A stretch of DNA of 64,000 nt, taken from NCBI GenBank assembly GCA_964270895.1, contig OZ185440.1; one strand, given 5' to 3'. Under the pieces are notes generated by a model. That model did not search any database and was not told where the DNA came from. It saw only the letters and a list, made by a program, of their open reading frames with translations. The first letter of the stretch is position 1, and every line of letters starts with the position of its first letter. Below, piece after piece: positions 27,901-41,190 of the stretch. The position numbers and the translations under genes were made by a program. This stretch comes from Podarcis filfolensis. Lineage: Eukaryota.

Positions 27901-30900
27901 ACCGACTTGGGAGCTCACCACTGTGAGGTGTGAGCAAGGGGGAGATGCTATTCCCTTTAGGATGAAGTGGGGTGGGCAAATCCCTTGCCAGAGAGTGGAG
28001 GAGGGTGCTTGCCCCAGCAAAGGTAATGGGAGCAGGAAGCTGGGATTGAATGCCACTTACTGCTCAGCTACCTCCTCATGTTAGGCAGAAGCTGTTGGAT
28101 TGAGAGTAGCCAAGCTATCACTCTTACTGCTTCTCTCCCATTGCCTCTCATCCCTCATGGGAGGGAGGGAGGGAGGGAGGGAGGGAGGGAGGGAGAGGAA
28201 AAGAAGCCATTTTCTTCCAAATCGGTTTTGGGGGTTAGAAGAGGTTTCTGGTCTAAAACCCAAGATCCTGGAGACTCTTCCTTTGATGACAAAGCCAGTA
28301 ACCTTTCTGTTTGGTAATGTAAATTTGGTCGCTTCTGGCCTGATTTGGAAACAAAATAGTCCTTTTCCTGGCTTCTTTCCTATCTCTCAAAGAGAAATTT
28401 AGATTCTAACAGAGGTGACTGCCTTGGCCCTGGACCTTACTAATACGTAAACATGGCTGTGATCTTCTGAAGTCATTTGGCTAGCTAGACCCATTTGACT
28501 CTGAAGTGAGTGGAACACTTAGCCCAGTCTTATACCCAACAAACAAAAGTCTCCCTTGGTTGAGGACTAACCATCTGTAGTGGTATGTAAGTAGGCTGGG
28601 ACAGAAGGATGGTTTTCTTCATGTCATCTAGGTGTCTTGGGATGAAAGACGCCTGCCATACTATTTACTGAGCTGATCCCCTAAAGGCGTTCCAAACAGC
28701 AAGCACTGTGACTGATGGGACCAGAAACAAGCTCAGCAAAGAAGTGGTTAAGTGTGACCTCCACCTTCTCTCCCTGGGCTTCTTGTGCTGAAGGCGGGAG
28801 ATTTTAAATGTGGTCTGGGTTTAGAAGGCCACAACAGGCTTGGTCTGTGGCAAGATCTGCCATGGCTAGGGGCTCCCCTTCCTTGGAATTGTGACAATTA
28901 AGGCAGTTTCAGCACCATGGGCAACTCCAGTCTCATCATTCAAGCTGCATTTTTGCTCAGATCAGCACAGTGTGACAGCAGCACAACTTCAATTCAAAAG
29001 CACAAGAGCCTTTCCCCAACAGAGCACCCTGTTTGCCTTGGATGAAAACCCACCCATCCTTGTGATAAATCACACAGTGCTCTGTACTGCTCATAAGGCT
29101 CCCCCACCTTCCCCTGCTTGTGCATAAGGTCACTGAGGAAGATACAACTGGAGAATAAATGCTTGTCTATACCGAACCACTTCTCCTTGCTACTTTTTCC
29201 ATCCCCTATTCAGATTGGGGAGGGGAGAGATTTTAGCAGCAAATGGGCAAGCTGCTAGAAGACTCCCTTGGCCACACCAGTAAAATACATTCTGCTTGAA
29301 AGAAAAGACAGAGCGACCTCAAAAAGGTCAGGAGACTAGATCAAAGTCTGTTCTCTCTTTGCAATAATGGCAGAGACAATTAGCACTAACCCCAGAAAAA
29401 CCCCTGTTAAATTTGTTGTACATTCATACAACATTTGAGAACAACACCACTTACTCCCTGTTGTTTTGTTCGCCATTAAAACCCAACCTAACAACACAAT
29501 ATGAGGCAGTTGCTAGAAGAAGGGGTGTGGGTGTGTGTAAACTTGGGTTGGGTGAGAAGAACAGTGTCTGCAATGAAGAAACAGAAAGCCAGGAATGTCG
29601 CTTTTGTATATTACACAGTCCTACCATATGCCAAGCAATTTGTCATTTAGTTCTTTTGGCTCAAAGAAAAGTGCTGCAAAATCTTCCATTGAGTTCTGCA
29701 CTTAATTTCTTCACTACTTGTAATTAATTACTATGGTGCTAGCCAATCTTTTTGGCAATTCTGCAACAAACTCAAATGCAAAGTTTGAGAGAGGAAGCAC
29801 CATTCTAGTCCATTCTCTGTCTCTGTCTGTCTCTCTCCAGTCTTCCTGCAGTTACTGGTTCCTTATGTTTGCTTTTGGCTCTCAGCTGCTGAGCCAAGGA
29901 GCAGGCAGTACTGGTGAGGCAGGACAACCTGCAAGCCTGATTCAGCCACAGCTAGGCCCAAAGGCATTTTGTCTTGTTTGCCAAGCATGTCAGAGCATAC
30001 CTGCTGCTTGTGCCACTTGTACCTTCACTGCAGGCTGACTATACATTAATGACATCCTAGATGTGGATGATAAACCCATTCTCCTAGTGTGGATTCTTAT
30101 GTAGCCAAAATGGCACCATTCAAGCAACAGATAGAGGGATCCACCCATACGATGGAGGGAACCCCAATGTCTGAAGTACAAAAAAAATTTTAAGAGAGGG
30201 AAAATGTCCACTGAGGAATGAGGATGCTCAGTGGGCACCAAATGCTGACTGTTGTGGGAGAGAAGAATTGAAAACTAAGGGAGAGGGAATGAGCACTCCA
30301 CACTGCAACATTTTGTTGAAAGATTCCATAATAGTTACACAAGGAAAACAAATGAGCTTTGACTTTAGGAGGCTCATTCTGGCAAAAATTGGGCAGGGGG
30401 GCTAAAATTATATACATTCTGTACAATGACTCAGCAAGTGCAGGACGTGTCACATAATCTAGAGTCCTAAGAATGTTCATTCTTACTTTTAGAAAGCACA
30501 ATTTCTAGACCTCAAGATTGCAGTGGAAATACTGAAAATATGGGAAGTCACTCAAACGTCTCCAAGTGACAGCACCTCCATTAGGCTGCAGGGCAGAGGG
30601 AGAGAAGCAAAACAAGACTATCCCATCACCTCTCCTGGGAGACCAGCTGCCTCTGGCCATCCTTTAGCCATCACTCAGTCAGGCTGCTGGAACTCTTTCC
30701 CATCCTAGCTGGTAGCTATAAAAGAACTGTAACTTTAAGAACTGGTGCTTGAGTTTGCCTACTTTCCTCTTCCACCCCACCCCCTGTTCCTTGTGTGTTA
30801 CATCTCTTCCAGTTGCAAGCCTGGGGGCAGGGACTGTCTAAGTACTGATTTTTGTGAGTTGCCCTGGAAGCCCCCTTTAAGCTAAGGAGCAGGATAAAAA

Positions 30901-32293
30901 TGCTATTAAATAAATGCTAAGAATCACATGGGACTAAGTAGGACCTTGAGTGATTTCAGATACGATCCTTGAGGTATTTGGCACAGTGTATCTATCCATG
31001 AATCCTGTTGTTAATCATTTAGCATAAAATAAACCCTAGTGGCTTCTGCATCATAAGAAGAGGGAGGAGCTGACGTTTAGATCAGCATATTAGTAAAACT
31101 AAACACTAGATAGGAAGTGAATACTGCATAGAGTAAAGCCTATTAGTTTGTATCAGGAGAGCTGAAAACCTGCTCCCTACATTGTGCTGTATATATTCTG
31201 CTGCACTATGAAACGAACTCCTACAATACTTGAGTTGAAAAAGCCAGGACCTGTGTTATGGAGAAACTAGCAATTATTTGGCTTCTGGCTAAGTGATGTA
31301 ATATAAACCTTCTCTAAAAAAATGCCATGGAAACTAGATTCAGACTTTCCCCCTTATTTTATCCAGGCCACAGGCTTCTAAAACTGGTGTCTGAATTGGT
31401 AGCATGGTAACTGCTGCTTATGTTGGCTTTGCACTGCTAACTTTGCTTTTAAACTGGCCCTTCAGGAAAACTAGTTGTTGATCAGGGCCAAGGAGGTTGA
31501 GGAGCTCATGAAACATGTCGTGAACTTAGCTCTCATTTGCAGAGAGGGCTTTGTGACTCCCCACCCCAATAGAAAATGCACGTAAACTCACCTAAGGGAA
31601 GTCACATTCTAGAACTAAAAGGCAAAAGGGCGTGGCAGTTGTATATGTCTAATCCAACTATCTCCACCTGTATAGGAAAGTAGATCTAACCTAAATCAGA
31701 GCACTACTTTGTACCAATTAAGGCAGCTGATAGCACCAGGGTGGAAGTAGATCTTTGCTTGATTTGGGTCACTTTGTGGATGGTTCCTTGTTTGGAAATC
31801 AAGCGACACCCCAAGACTGAACATTTAACAGTGCTATATTTTCACTCTGTTGAAAGTTATCTACCCCTCCCCCCCTTTCTCTCTGCATGGTGAACAGAGG
31901 AAAGGGGAGTCACAAGCAGGTCAGTATTTGGGCAAAGTTGGAGACATCTTTAGCTCTAGAGGCATTTGATGGTTTTGCTGCGCAAGTGAGAACCACAGCA
32001 GAGCATCCTCTGCCCCACTGCTCTTTCTTTGGTCCCAGTTTGGTAGGCCTCTTGTGCTTTCTGGAATGGAATGATAAAAGAAGGGGACAGGAAGGGGAGC
32101 CCATCCAGCAGATTGTGCATCTTTGAGAAGGTTGTGCTGCTGATTCAACCCTGTGTGCATCTGATACAAGCTGCAAGGACCCACAAGGCGAGTTTGGTTA
32201 CTGGAGGTCATCCAGTCAGCACCAATTTCAGTTTGGAGGGACCACCGTGATGGAATTTACAGAGTAGTAGAACAGAGAAAAGGTGAACTGAAC

Positions 32294-32325
<32 letters not shown>

Positions 32326-33135
32326 TCTAAGAAACCAAGTGGCTCCTCCCTGTGAAACTAGTACCAGGTGATTAAAAACCGAAACAGAATTCCTAGAACC
32401 AAAAAAACCAAACGGAATGGCCCAGCTTAACCAAAATAAAATAAAAGGGGGGAAAACAATGCAGAGTTTATTGGAAGTCTGAATGTAAAAGGACGATCAT
32501 GCAGATTAAATAAGGAGGGTACAAAGACAGAGTTAACAGTCCTAGGCCTTTGCCTATGTTTGTTGTGGTAGGGAAGCATCCGGAGGGGAAACAGTTACGG
32601 CAACAGCTGGATTGCTGCAGCGGCGACTCTTCTACTCAGATACTTCCAGGTTCCTTTCTGGGTTTTTGCTTTTCTTTACTTTTTTTTTATAAAAAGATCC
32701 TCATGTTAGGGAACCACAAACTTGTCTGTTGCCCTGCCTGCTGGCATTGCCCTGCAAACAATGCAGTGGCCAGTTCCACAAGGTCTCGAGTCTTTACCCT
32801 ATACAGGAACTCCGATGCTGGGAACCCTGGATCCGAGGGATTTAGTAATGTCCCACCACCGCCACCCACCCAGCCATACTGCAAAGCCCAGGAGTTTATG
32901 ATAGAGGCAAAAAGCCTAAGAATAAAAATCATCATTCTCCTACCACCAAACTCATTGGGGGGTGGGGGAGCAGTATCTTGCAGCGGAGGGTCAAGTGGCC
33001 TCCTCCATCGTCCATCTGTGGTGTTCTGTTCCAAACCACAGGTTCCAGATACAAAAGAAAACAAAGAAGAACGAGGAGCGAAGGCAGCCGAGACCAGCTC
33101 ACTCCAGTCTCCGTCCCATCCTGATCCAGTCACCT
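25000..33135 (-). other. NAV1: Putative long NAV1 3' UTR (distal end uncertain; candidate ATTAAA at 24472-24477)
   Basis: Follows the stop codon. Contains U-rich tracts, Pumilio elements and many miR-29 seed matches on the sense strand; mammalian NAV1 has a multi-kb 3' UTR. The boundary is inferred. Confidence 0.6.
32467..32472 (-). terminator. Candidate proximal poly(A) signal AATAAA of NAV1
   Basis: AATAAA on the sense strand ~660 nt after the stop, followed by a U-rich stretch (ttgttttccccccttttattttatttt). Confidence 0.55.
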
Positions 33136-33228
33136 TTAGAGTGTCGACTGCACATTGGGGTCCAGGGTTTCTCGGTCGGGAGACTCAATATAGTTGGCTG
33201 CTTCCTGGAGCTTCAGCAACATCGCCAT
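33136..33228 (-). CDS. NAV1: NAV1 terminal coding exon 27/27 (MAMLLKLQEAANYIESPDRETLDPNVQSTL*)
   Basis: Acceptor atgcag; TAA stop at 33138-33136. Confidence 0.97.
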   Translation of the reverse strand: MAMLLKLQEAANYIESPDRETLDPNVQSTL

Positions 33229-36200
33229 CTGCATGGGAGAAAAAAGCAAGAAGGTAAAGTATCCCCAAGGCTTTTTAAAAGGAACATAGAAAGCTGTTGT
33301 GTATATTTTTAGGACCCACTGTGTTTTAATGATTGCCCGTTGTTTTAAACTGTTTTTAATATTGTGCTTTAATGTTGTAATTTTCCCTGGGACCTTAGGG
33401 CGAATGGCAGGTAATGGCACCATAATAATAAATAAAATAATAAATAATAAATATATATTAATATATTATATTAAATATTTATTATTTAATAAATAAATAA
33501 TAAAATATGGTGGTGGTAATAATGATGATAATGATGAATTCAGATCCATTTAGCTCAGTACTATCTACAGAGAGGGGTCCTTCCCAGCCCTACCTCAAGA
33601 CACCAGGGATTGAGATTGGGACCTTCTGCTCTACTGCTGAGTAATGACCTTTCCCCCTTTTATACACATAGCTCTGCAAAAGCAGTGCAGTCTGCGCCTG
33701 AGAACAAGCTACCCCGTACCCTGGTTGAGCACTCCAGAGGAATATGGAAAGGATAATTGGGGATCAGGATTCCAAGGTAGTAAACCCAGAGAAAGACTTA
33801 TCATCTGTGTTCCAGTTAAGATGAGATGTTCTGCCCAAGGCAGAAGACAATGGTTCAGATGTCCTGCTACATACAGGAGGTCAGACACAACTTGCTATGG
33901 TTATTTAAAGGTGCACTGCTTACAGAGAAAAAAGTGTTGTTTACAGTTTCACGCTGTTACCCTATACTCACTCAACCTAGGAGTCAGTCTGATGGGCCAG
34001 TATCCAACTGATGAGTTCCATCATTTCAAATGGAACCCACCATTCCATCCTGGATGCTCCCCAAATCTGCTCCAGAGGATTGAGGAAACTCCTAAAACAC
34101 ATTTAGGAGGCACACAGGCAAAGCTTTCATTGCGCTGATGGAACACATTAGTTGGATACTGCCCATGGAATCTAATGGGCCTTACTTCTGAGTAGATTGT
34201 GAGTAGATAACCATGTTCAGGGAGGAGAATAATTCAACTTCATAATGTGAGAGGGCTTTGATGCTTATCCCCAGAAGGTGGGGACTATGCTTAAAAGAAA
34301 GAACACATCTAATGAATTAAAGCCAATTAGGGGTGGGTGGGATGAGTCATAGCTGCAACCTCTACAAATCAGTCACATACTCGCATTTTATTTACTTTGC
34401 AAATTTGTATGCTGCCCTTCAATAAGCATTGCCAGGATAGTTAACAAGCTAAGAACAACAAAACCATTAAAACAAATCAATAAGAAAAGAATAGAATAGA
34501 ATAACAGCAATAAAGGCAGATACTGGAGGTTCATCAGATGTTAAATGCTTGAGAACATAAAAGGATATTTGCCTAGCACCAAAAAACACATTAACATAGG
34601 TGCCTGGCAAGCCTCCCTGGAGAAAGAAGCCCATAAAATTGCATATGCCTTCCAAGACAGAACTTGGCCTTCAGAAGGCCAGACCAGACTGAAGACGAGA
34701 GCACGCACTAGCTAACACAGTCCAAACCCAAACTAAGCCTCTCCTCTGTTATCAGTCCATTGGAGTAACTAGGCATGGGAATGGGATAATTTTCTTCATG
34801 AGTGTAAGTCACCCCATCAATTAACTAATCGCAAGTACAGTATAAGGTCAGCCAACCCAGTTGCTATGTTAACGCCCAATGACCCAACTATATCTGTGAT
34901 TAATGCATATCAACTTAGTAGTGTTTGTTAGTCTGCTGTTAAGACTGTCTTTGAGTCATCAGTCTGTTGAAGTCACTTGTCCTGTTCTGAACTGCTGAAG
35001 TTTATTTGGAGCAATGGAGACACTTTATACATGTATGAATCTGTATATATCTGTATCTGCAAAAGCCTACAACCTGTGTATATCTATGTCCAGAACTGTT
35101 TTACTGAGCCTTATCTTCTGCAACAGTAAATTATTTGTACCTTAAGCTGCTTCTGCGTGCAGCAACTTTCACTGCGTGGGTATCTCACCTTAGATTCCCA
35201 ACATAGCCCATCCTAGATTTCCTACACATAGCTGCACCAATATCCCTCAGTACAAATCTGCTAGGAATGTGGTTCCCAAGTGGTAGATTTCAAGACTACT
35301 CATATACTACACAGCGGTTTCCCACAGCGGCTTACAAAGGAATATATGCTGTCATTGCTGCATTGTGTACGTGCACCAGCAAAGCTAAAAACTATCTCAT
35401 GTAGCTATTTCATTCAGTATGTAGAGGCAGCTTCTTTCTCTGGTTTACACTTATCATGCCATCCTGTGGCCGCTTCCTTGCGGTGCTGCCCAGCACAGTC
35501 ATTTTAAGGCTCTTCTATCTTGTGGAGGGTGTTTATGCTTGCTAAAGAGGTCACCGATGCTGCATTGGTAACCTACAGAGGTCGCCAATGCACTGCAGAG
35601 AAGAGTTTTTATTCCGTTACAATACAATTGTCCCAGTGGATTTTGCTGGACACACAGTGAGACACATTGGACATGCTGGACGCACAATGAGATGGGAAGA
35701 CTTGCTGCTGGTCAGCTGACGAAACCTAGAATGGGCTCTGGTGTTCCCAGTACATTTGAAGCTTCCAATACACCCACTCCTCTGTGTATATGAGAAATGA
35801 TATAAGCCAGTGGAGTGGTTAACTCAACACTGCTCAGCCAGACTTCTAAGATTGGAGAAAGAACACCAAGGACTAGTTTCAATGTATGCAACTCATACAT
35901 ATGATAAATCTATCCTGGCTCCCGATGGATCTTATCAAGGGAAGGCCTAGAGATTGCTATGCTTGGTTGAGGGAGGGCGGGGAGAATGCATATTCCTTAG
36001 CTGGGCAGAAAACCTGGCTTCTTTATGCCTCAAAAACTGTACTGCAAAAAACACAATGCACTGAATTATTTGAGGGGGTCCTACAAACATGAAAAGCAGG
36101 GAAAATCCTTTTGCAAGGTGGGGCAAGGTCCTGATTAGTAGGAACATACAGTTCTACAGAACAGTGTTCAAAAGCTAAGAAGGGGAGATTTCCAAGTGAG

Positions 36201-36567
36201 AAGGGGAGATTCATTGCTTTTCTACTTCCCCCTAAAGGCAAACTGGCACAGGAGTGTTGTTTTATAGTCAATGGAAAGCTGTCATATAGTACTTGTTTGG
36301 CTAAGCCCCTAACCCTCAGGAAACGCAGCCTACTGTAGGATCCAGCAACCTCTGGTGTCAAGGAACTGTGCTCCAGTAACCAAGGTGCCTGCTACAACTG
36401 TTGTGACAAAGCAATGGTTGGCAAGGTATGCCATGTCACAGAAAGAGTTTGGCCACTCATCCAACAGATGGATTGTGGTCCCAACTTAATTCCCTTGTGC
36501 CAAAGAGATCCAGCCTTCAAAAGCCTCTTGTTTGGCAGCAGTTCCCCTTTGCAGCCTGAAGACATAC

Positions 36568-36765
36568 CAAGGGGTCTGATTCCAGAGAGTTGGGTGTAGT
36601 ATCCTTGCCACTCCGTTCCTCTGGGGGTGAGACAGTGCTGTGGGGCCCCACACTGGGTGGAGGAAGGTGATAGAGCTTTGACTGGTCTTGTTGGGCCGAT
36701 GGCCATGGCAACGTGTCTCGCACCCATTCCACAGGATCTTCCCAGGCAGCTTTCTGCCCATGCAC
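36568..36765 (-). CDS. NAV1: NAV1 exon 26/27 (VHGQKAAWEDPVEWVRDTLPWPSAQQ...LESDPL)
   Basis: Acceptor ttgcag, donor TTG|gtatgt; 198 nt. Confidence 0.96.
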
Positions 36766-37019
36766 CTGCAATGGGGATAGGCACAAAAGAATACTGAGAA
36801 ACAAGTCACATATACATGCACTCCCCCCCCCATCTTTTGGGTGGGTGGAAGCTCAGAGTACATTCAAGCAGGAGCTGGGTGACATTTGAAGAAACAGCTT
36901 TGCTGCAAGATACTTGATGATGGTCAATTTCAAGCTTCTAACTAAGCAATCCACCCATGCAAATGGGTGCAGGGCACAGTCACCATTACTAGTGAGGATG
37001 TGGATGTGGGTAAATGTAC

Positions 37020-37138
37020 CTTGATCCCATCCTTTGCTCCCTCCTGAAGGTAGGGGATGATGGAATTGTTCCACAGATCAATGAACCAGGTCCGGAAATC
37101 CTCAATACCAATGGGGCATGACAGGAAGAAACAGGGAC
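37020..37138 (-). CDS. NAV1: NAV1 exon 25/27 (GPCFFLSCPIGIEDFRTWFIDLWNNSIIPYLQEGAKDGIK)
   Basis: Acceptor tactag, donor AAG|gtacat; 119 nt. Confidence 0.95.
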
Positions 37139-38032
37139 CTAGTAAGGAAAATGAAAATGAGGAGCATTAGCTAGTAGCCCACAAAAGAACACCAATCCCA
37201 TGCAATGTTCTTTGCCTCGGAGGATTACTGTTATGCCAGATACAGTAAGTCAGCGAAGTGTATTGGATAGATTGCTAGACTTGCACCAGTAGGTTTACTG
37301 GTCTGGTTAAAGTCACTATATCTTAGTGTAGCAAACTTAATCAGATGGCTGTGAGGACAACCTCATCTCTGCCACACTGAGCTGCTTGTAGGGAAAGCAG
37401 GATACCAATTCAATACATCAGTACATTCCCTAATTGCTGTCACTTTCCAAGGGTTAATCAAACAAGGCTCTGAAGCAGAAAGAGGAACCAACAACCCAAA
37501 AGGAATGACTAAACTATTGACCAATCCGTACCTTGGATCTGATCTGCATCTGAAATACTGAAGAGAACTTCTGGTATTTGGCTGTTAAACATGTAGCAGA
37601 AAGCAGGGCTTAATTGGAGCCAGAAAATTAAAACCATTAAACTGAAGAGGAAGCTGCCTACTTCCTAAATTTTGACTCCTACCTTTATCAAACGGGTGGA
37701 ACCACAGTCCAGCCAGTGGTCCTATGCTGACATAAGGAAATCAAGCAATTATACTGCAATGGCAAACTTGGACTAACAATTGAGGGTGCCTCTGAGTATA
37801 TGCAGACTGATTACTCAATGGTGGGAGAAAAGCAAACACCTAATTTACTAGGAATAAATGGCAAGCATGCCAAAAGGCAGGTTGTAGCTTTTATGCAGCC
37901 TTGAGCTCTGGAATCCCTCCATTAGTTAACCACTGGAAACAACAACAACATTCAACATCCCTCCCGTTTCCTGAATGGCAATCCTTGTTCCTGACAGTAT
38001 CTCCAGCCAGCATAGCTCAATCCACCACTTAC

Positions 38033-38229
38033 CAATGAGGAAGTCAGAGGTGCTGTGCTTCTCCAGGAAGGTGTGCAAATGGTACCAGAGCTTGGGCACC
38101 CAGTCCAGCACACGCAGCAACTCCTCCCGGTTGGCATTGACATCGCTGTCGGACTCAAGCAGCTTCCGGCGTAGATAGCGCACCAGGAAGCCATTGGCTG
38201 GCTCCACGTTATTAGAGAATGTCAGCATC
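38033..38229 (-). CDS. NAV1: NAV1 exon 24/27 (MLTFSNNVEPANGFLVRYLRRK...STSDFLI)
   Basis: Acceptor atacag, donor G|gtaagt; 197 nt. Confidence 0.96.
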
Positions 38230-38393
38230 CTGTATCATTAAGATGACAGGTTAGTAATGATAGGGATTATATATAGTCCTTCCCATAGCAGAACAACAGC
38301 TTCTGGAACTGTCAGGTGGGAACAGAGGAGGTGCTATTTCAAAGCCCAGCACAATCCTGCCTCCTCCATTGGGATCATCATTTCTGCCCTTAC

Positions 38394-38465
38394 CTGAAGC
38401 TGAGATGAAGGCCATGATTTGGAGTCATCTTCACAGGCTGGTTGGTTGTCCCGATGATATAGGGG
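38394..38465 (-). CDS. NAV1: NAV1 exon 23/27 (CPYIIGTTNQPVKMTPNHGLHLSFR)
   Basis: Acceptor caccag, donor AG|gtaagg; 72 nt. Confidence 0.95.
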
Positions 38466-40365
38466 CTGGTGGGAGAGAGAACAGCAGCTCTATCAGCGAT
38501 GATGTATCCTAACAGGGGGAATGTCTGGAAGCTGTTTACTCAGTCACCCCCCAGCTCTCAACACAGTGCCTGCCTCACATCTAGAAGTGGTTTTGACTAT
38601 GACTAATGCAATGTCTCTTGCTCATATCAATTCCCTCCTCCACTCTGTAAGAGACAGTGGAACAGAGCTATGGAGAGGAAAAAAGTTAAATGGAGGGAAG
38701 TTTTGCTAATAAGAACAAGGGCTGTGCTGAGATTCAGGCATGTGCCAAAAGTTGATATGACAACAGTCCTATATTTAGGATATTAAGAACATAAGAAGAG
38801 CTCTGCTGAATCAGCTCATCCAACCTAGAATTCTGCAAGCTTCCTACAGTATGCACTTTTCCTACAAAGGTGGAATTTAAAAATCTGAATGTGTCATAAA
38901 ACTTGGCTGTGTCCTTAATATCATCGGAAGCTTTTTCCCTGGCCCAGAAATTCTTGGTAATGGGGTACACACCTCTCTCTGGCCAAAGAAAAGATGGGCT
39001 CATAGCAGAGTACTGCTCAACCTTTTCTGGCAAGGCCACTTTCCACCCATCCACAGTACAATGCGGACATGGCCACCTTGGTCTTGGAATGGTTTTGCTC
39101 CTGGCTGAGCTGGAGAGCAGCAACACAAGAATGCTGGAAAGGCAGGCTCAGTAACCTGTAGGGATGCTGCGGCTAAAATCCATATCACTCAAATGAATTT
39201 TGTCTTATTCACTGTGAATTCGCTGCCTTCCAGGAAGCAAATCAAGAGCTTGAAGGCATGTAATATTTGAAAGCTAAACAAATAAAATCTAAGTGACTCA
39301 ACTACATGTGGGTAGGTCCAATCCCATGGAGATCCAAACAATTTGTTTAAGCCATGTTGTTGCATCATTCATGCAGAACCTGCTGTCATGTGCTGGTGTG
39401 GTTTAATTATTAATATTGATGCTGCTGACATTTTTACATGTTATCTGAATTGTGTCCTGTGACCTGACTTATGATATGACCTATTTTTAAATGTAAATTG
39501 CTTTGAGATCACTTGTGACAAAAAGTGGTATGTAAGCCCATTAAATAACAGTAATATTAATTGTGCCATGGCTTGGCCACTCCATGACATGGAACACGGA
39601 GTGGAGAATTTCTCTTCCTTGGTAGGGAAATCAAGAGACAGTTATGATGCAGGCCTGAGACACTAGTAAAGCCCTGTCATCAACAACAACTGCTCCACTG
39701 AGAGCGGCAGGATAGGCAGAGCCATATACACAGCAGGGGACCACAACACCACACCATCTGCCAGTCCTTGTGAGCTGTAGAGCATAAATGCCTTTGACCT
39801 GATTCAGCAGTGCTCCTATGTTAGAACACAGAATCTGGGACTCCCAAGAAGGGTTTTAGTGGCCTCCCCACACTTGGCACTCTTTAACAAAAATGTTTTA
39901 TAGTTCTTTTTAAAAAAATTAAAAATGACTGCTCCCATGGTTCCTCCAATGCAAATAAGGTTTGTCCCTCTCCTTCCAATTCCGTTTTCATTTTCAACAT
40001 TGACCCCCCCCAAATGTAAACAAAATTTTAACTGATTGCTCCCATAGAGCCACCACCGTGATGCCAAAGAGTTTTTGGGGCATCCCAAGATCCCCCACCA
40101 CCAAAAATAAAAAACTTAATTTTCTTCTGAATTTTATAATAAACTATTGAAAATTGTGTATTAAAAGCTAACGGGACTGTCCTTTGGAAAGCAACTTCAC
40201 TCACTTTTGCTATACCCACTTCAACATGCAGCCCCTGACCATGAGATAAAGCAGCCCTTGACCCAGAAAAGGTTAGTCACCCCTGTTTCAGAATAATCCT
40301 CGAGTGTAAGATTGCTATTAAGAGGTAGGAGTCAAATGCGGCAGTACTGTAAATCAGTCTCTCAC

Positions 40366-40517
40366 CATTTGTGGTACTTGCAGGTGAGTGCTCCATTGAC
40401 GAGCTCGCTGATAGAGCCAGGCTCACTGAGGTCATCAAGAAGAATGACCAATGGCACATCTATCCCTGTTTCCCGATCAATCTGATTGGCCAGATTGGAG
40501 AGGTAAAGCTGTAGGTC
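40366..40517 (-). CDS. NAV1: NAV1 exon 22/27 (DLQLYLSNLANQIDRETGIDVPLVILLDDLSE...CKYHK), Walker B region; coding frame not in ORF track
   Basis: Acceptor taccag, donor TG|gtgaga; 152 nt. Confidence 0.95.
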
Positions 40518-40569
40518 CTGGTAAAGAAAGATGCAAAATGGAAGTCACTGTATCAGCATGTAGAATACA

Positions 40570-40570
<1 letters not shown>

Positions 40571-40612
<42 letters not shown>
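40571..40612. repeat. (AC)n microsatellite
   Basis: Direct read. Confidence 0.98.
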
Positions 40613-40614
<2 letters not shown>

Positions 40615-41190
40615 CATATTAGTATAAGAAGAAATGCAAGGATATAAGGAATAGTGATTTCCCCAGGCTGAGAACTGGGCTTAGAATTGAGGATTACTAG
40701 TTTGGATTGGAGGGTCCCATTGGCAAAAGGCTGGTGATGAAGAATATGGGAGGGATAGACCATGCAAGGACTTCTGCTAGCACGAAGGGGCTCCCCCCAC
40801 ACTCCAAAAAAGGCTTTGGGGAGGGGGATTGTGAGAACCCACAGAGGAGTGTGTGTGGAGCAGAGGGTAGAAAATTCCATCAGGCAAGCAGAAATGCTCA
40901 TGCTGAAGAAGTGCTTAGCACTATGTTTAATTCCTCTTATACCTGCTATCATAATACCTACTTACTAGGGAGTAAGTTCTACTGAACTCACAGGGTTCTG
41001 GGTAGATATGTACAGAGTTGTGTTGGGGGATCAAGGATTGCAACTAGTATGCCTAAGGTTCTTCCACCTGAAATTACAAGGAGTCTGTGACTTAGGAATG
41101 AAGGTAATCAAGCAGGGCTGTGCTAGGGATCAGAGAATGCGGAAGTGCTGAAATTCCCGAGCAGACAGTCCCAGGCAAGGAGTTTCACAC

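Noticed and set aside
32434-32446. AATAAA repeats on the plus strand
   Set aside because: Wrong strand for NAV1; better read as the U-rich element downstream of the sense poly(A) signal.
32550-33257. 235-aa plus-strand ORF overlapping the NAV1 last exon
   Set aside because: Starts at a non-ATG codon, low-complexity, antisense to the NAV1 CDS/UTR; no family resemblance.
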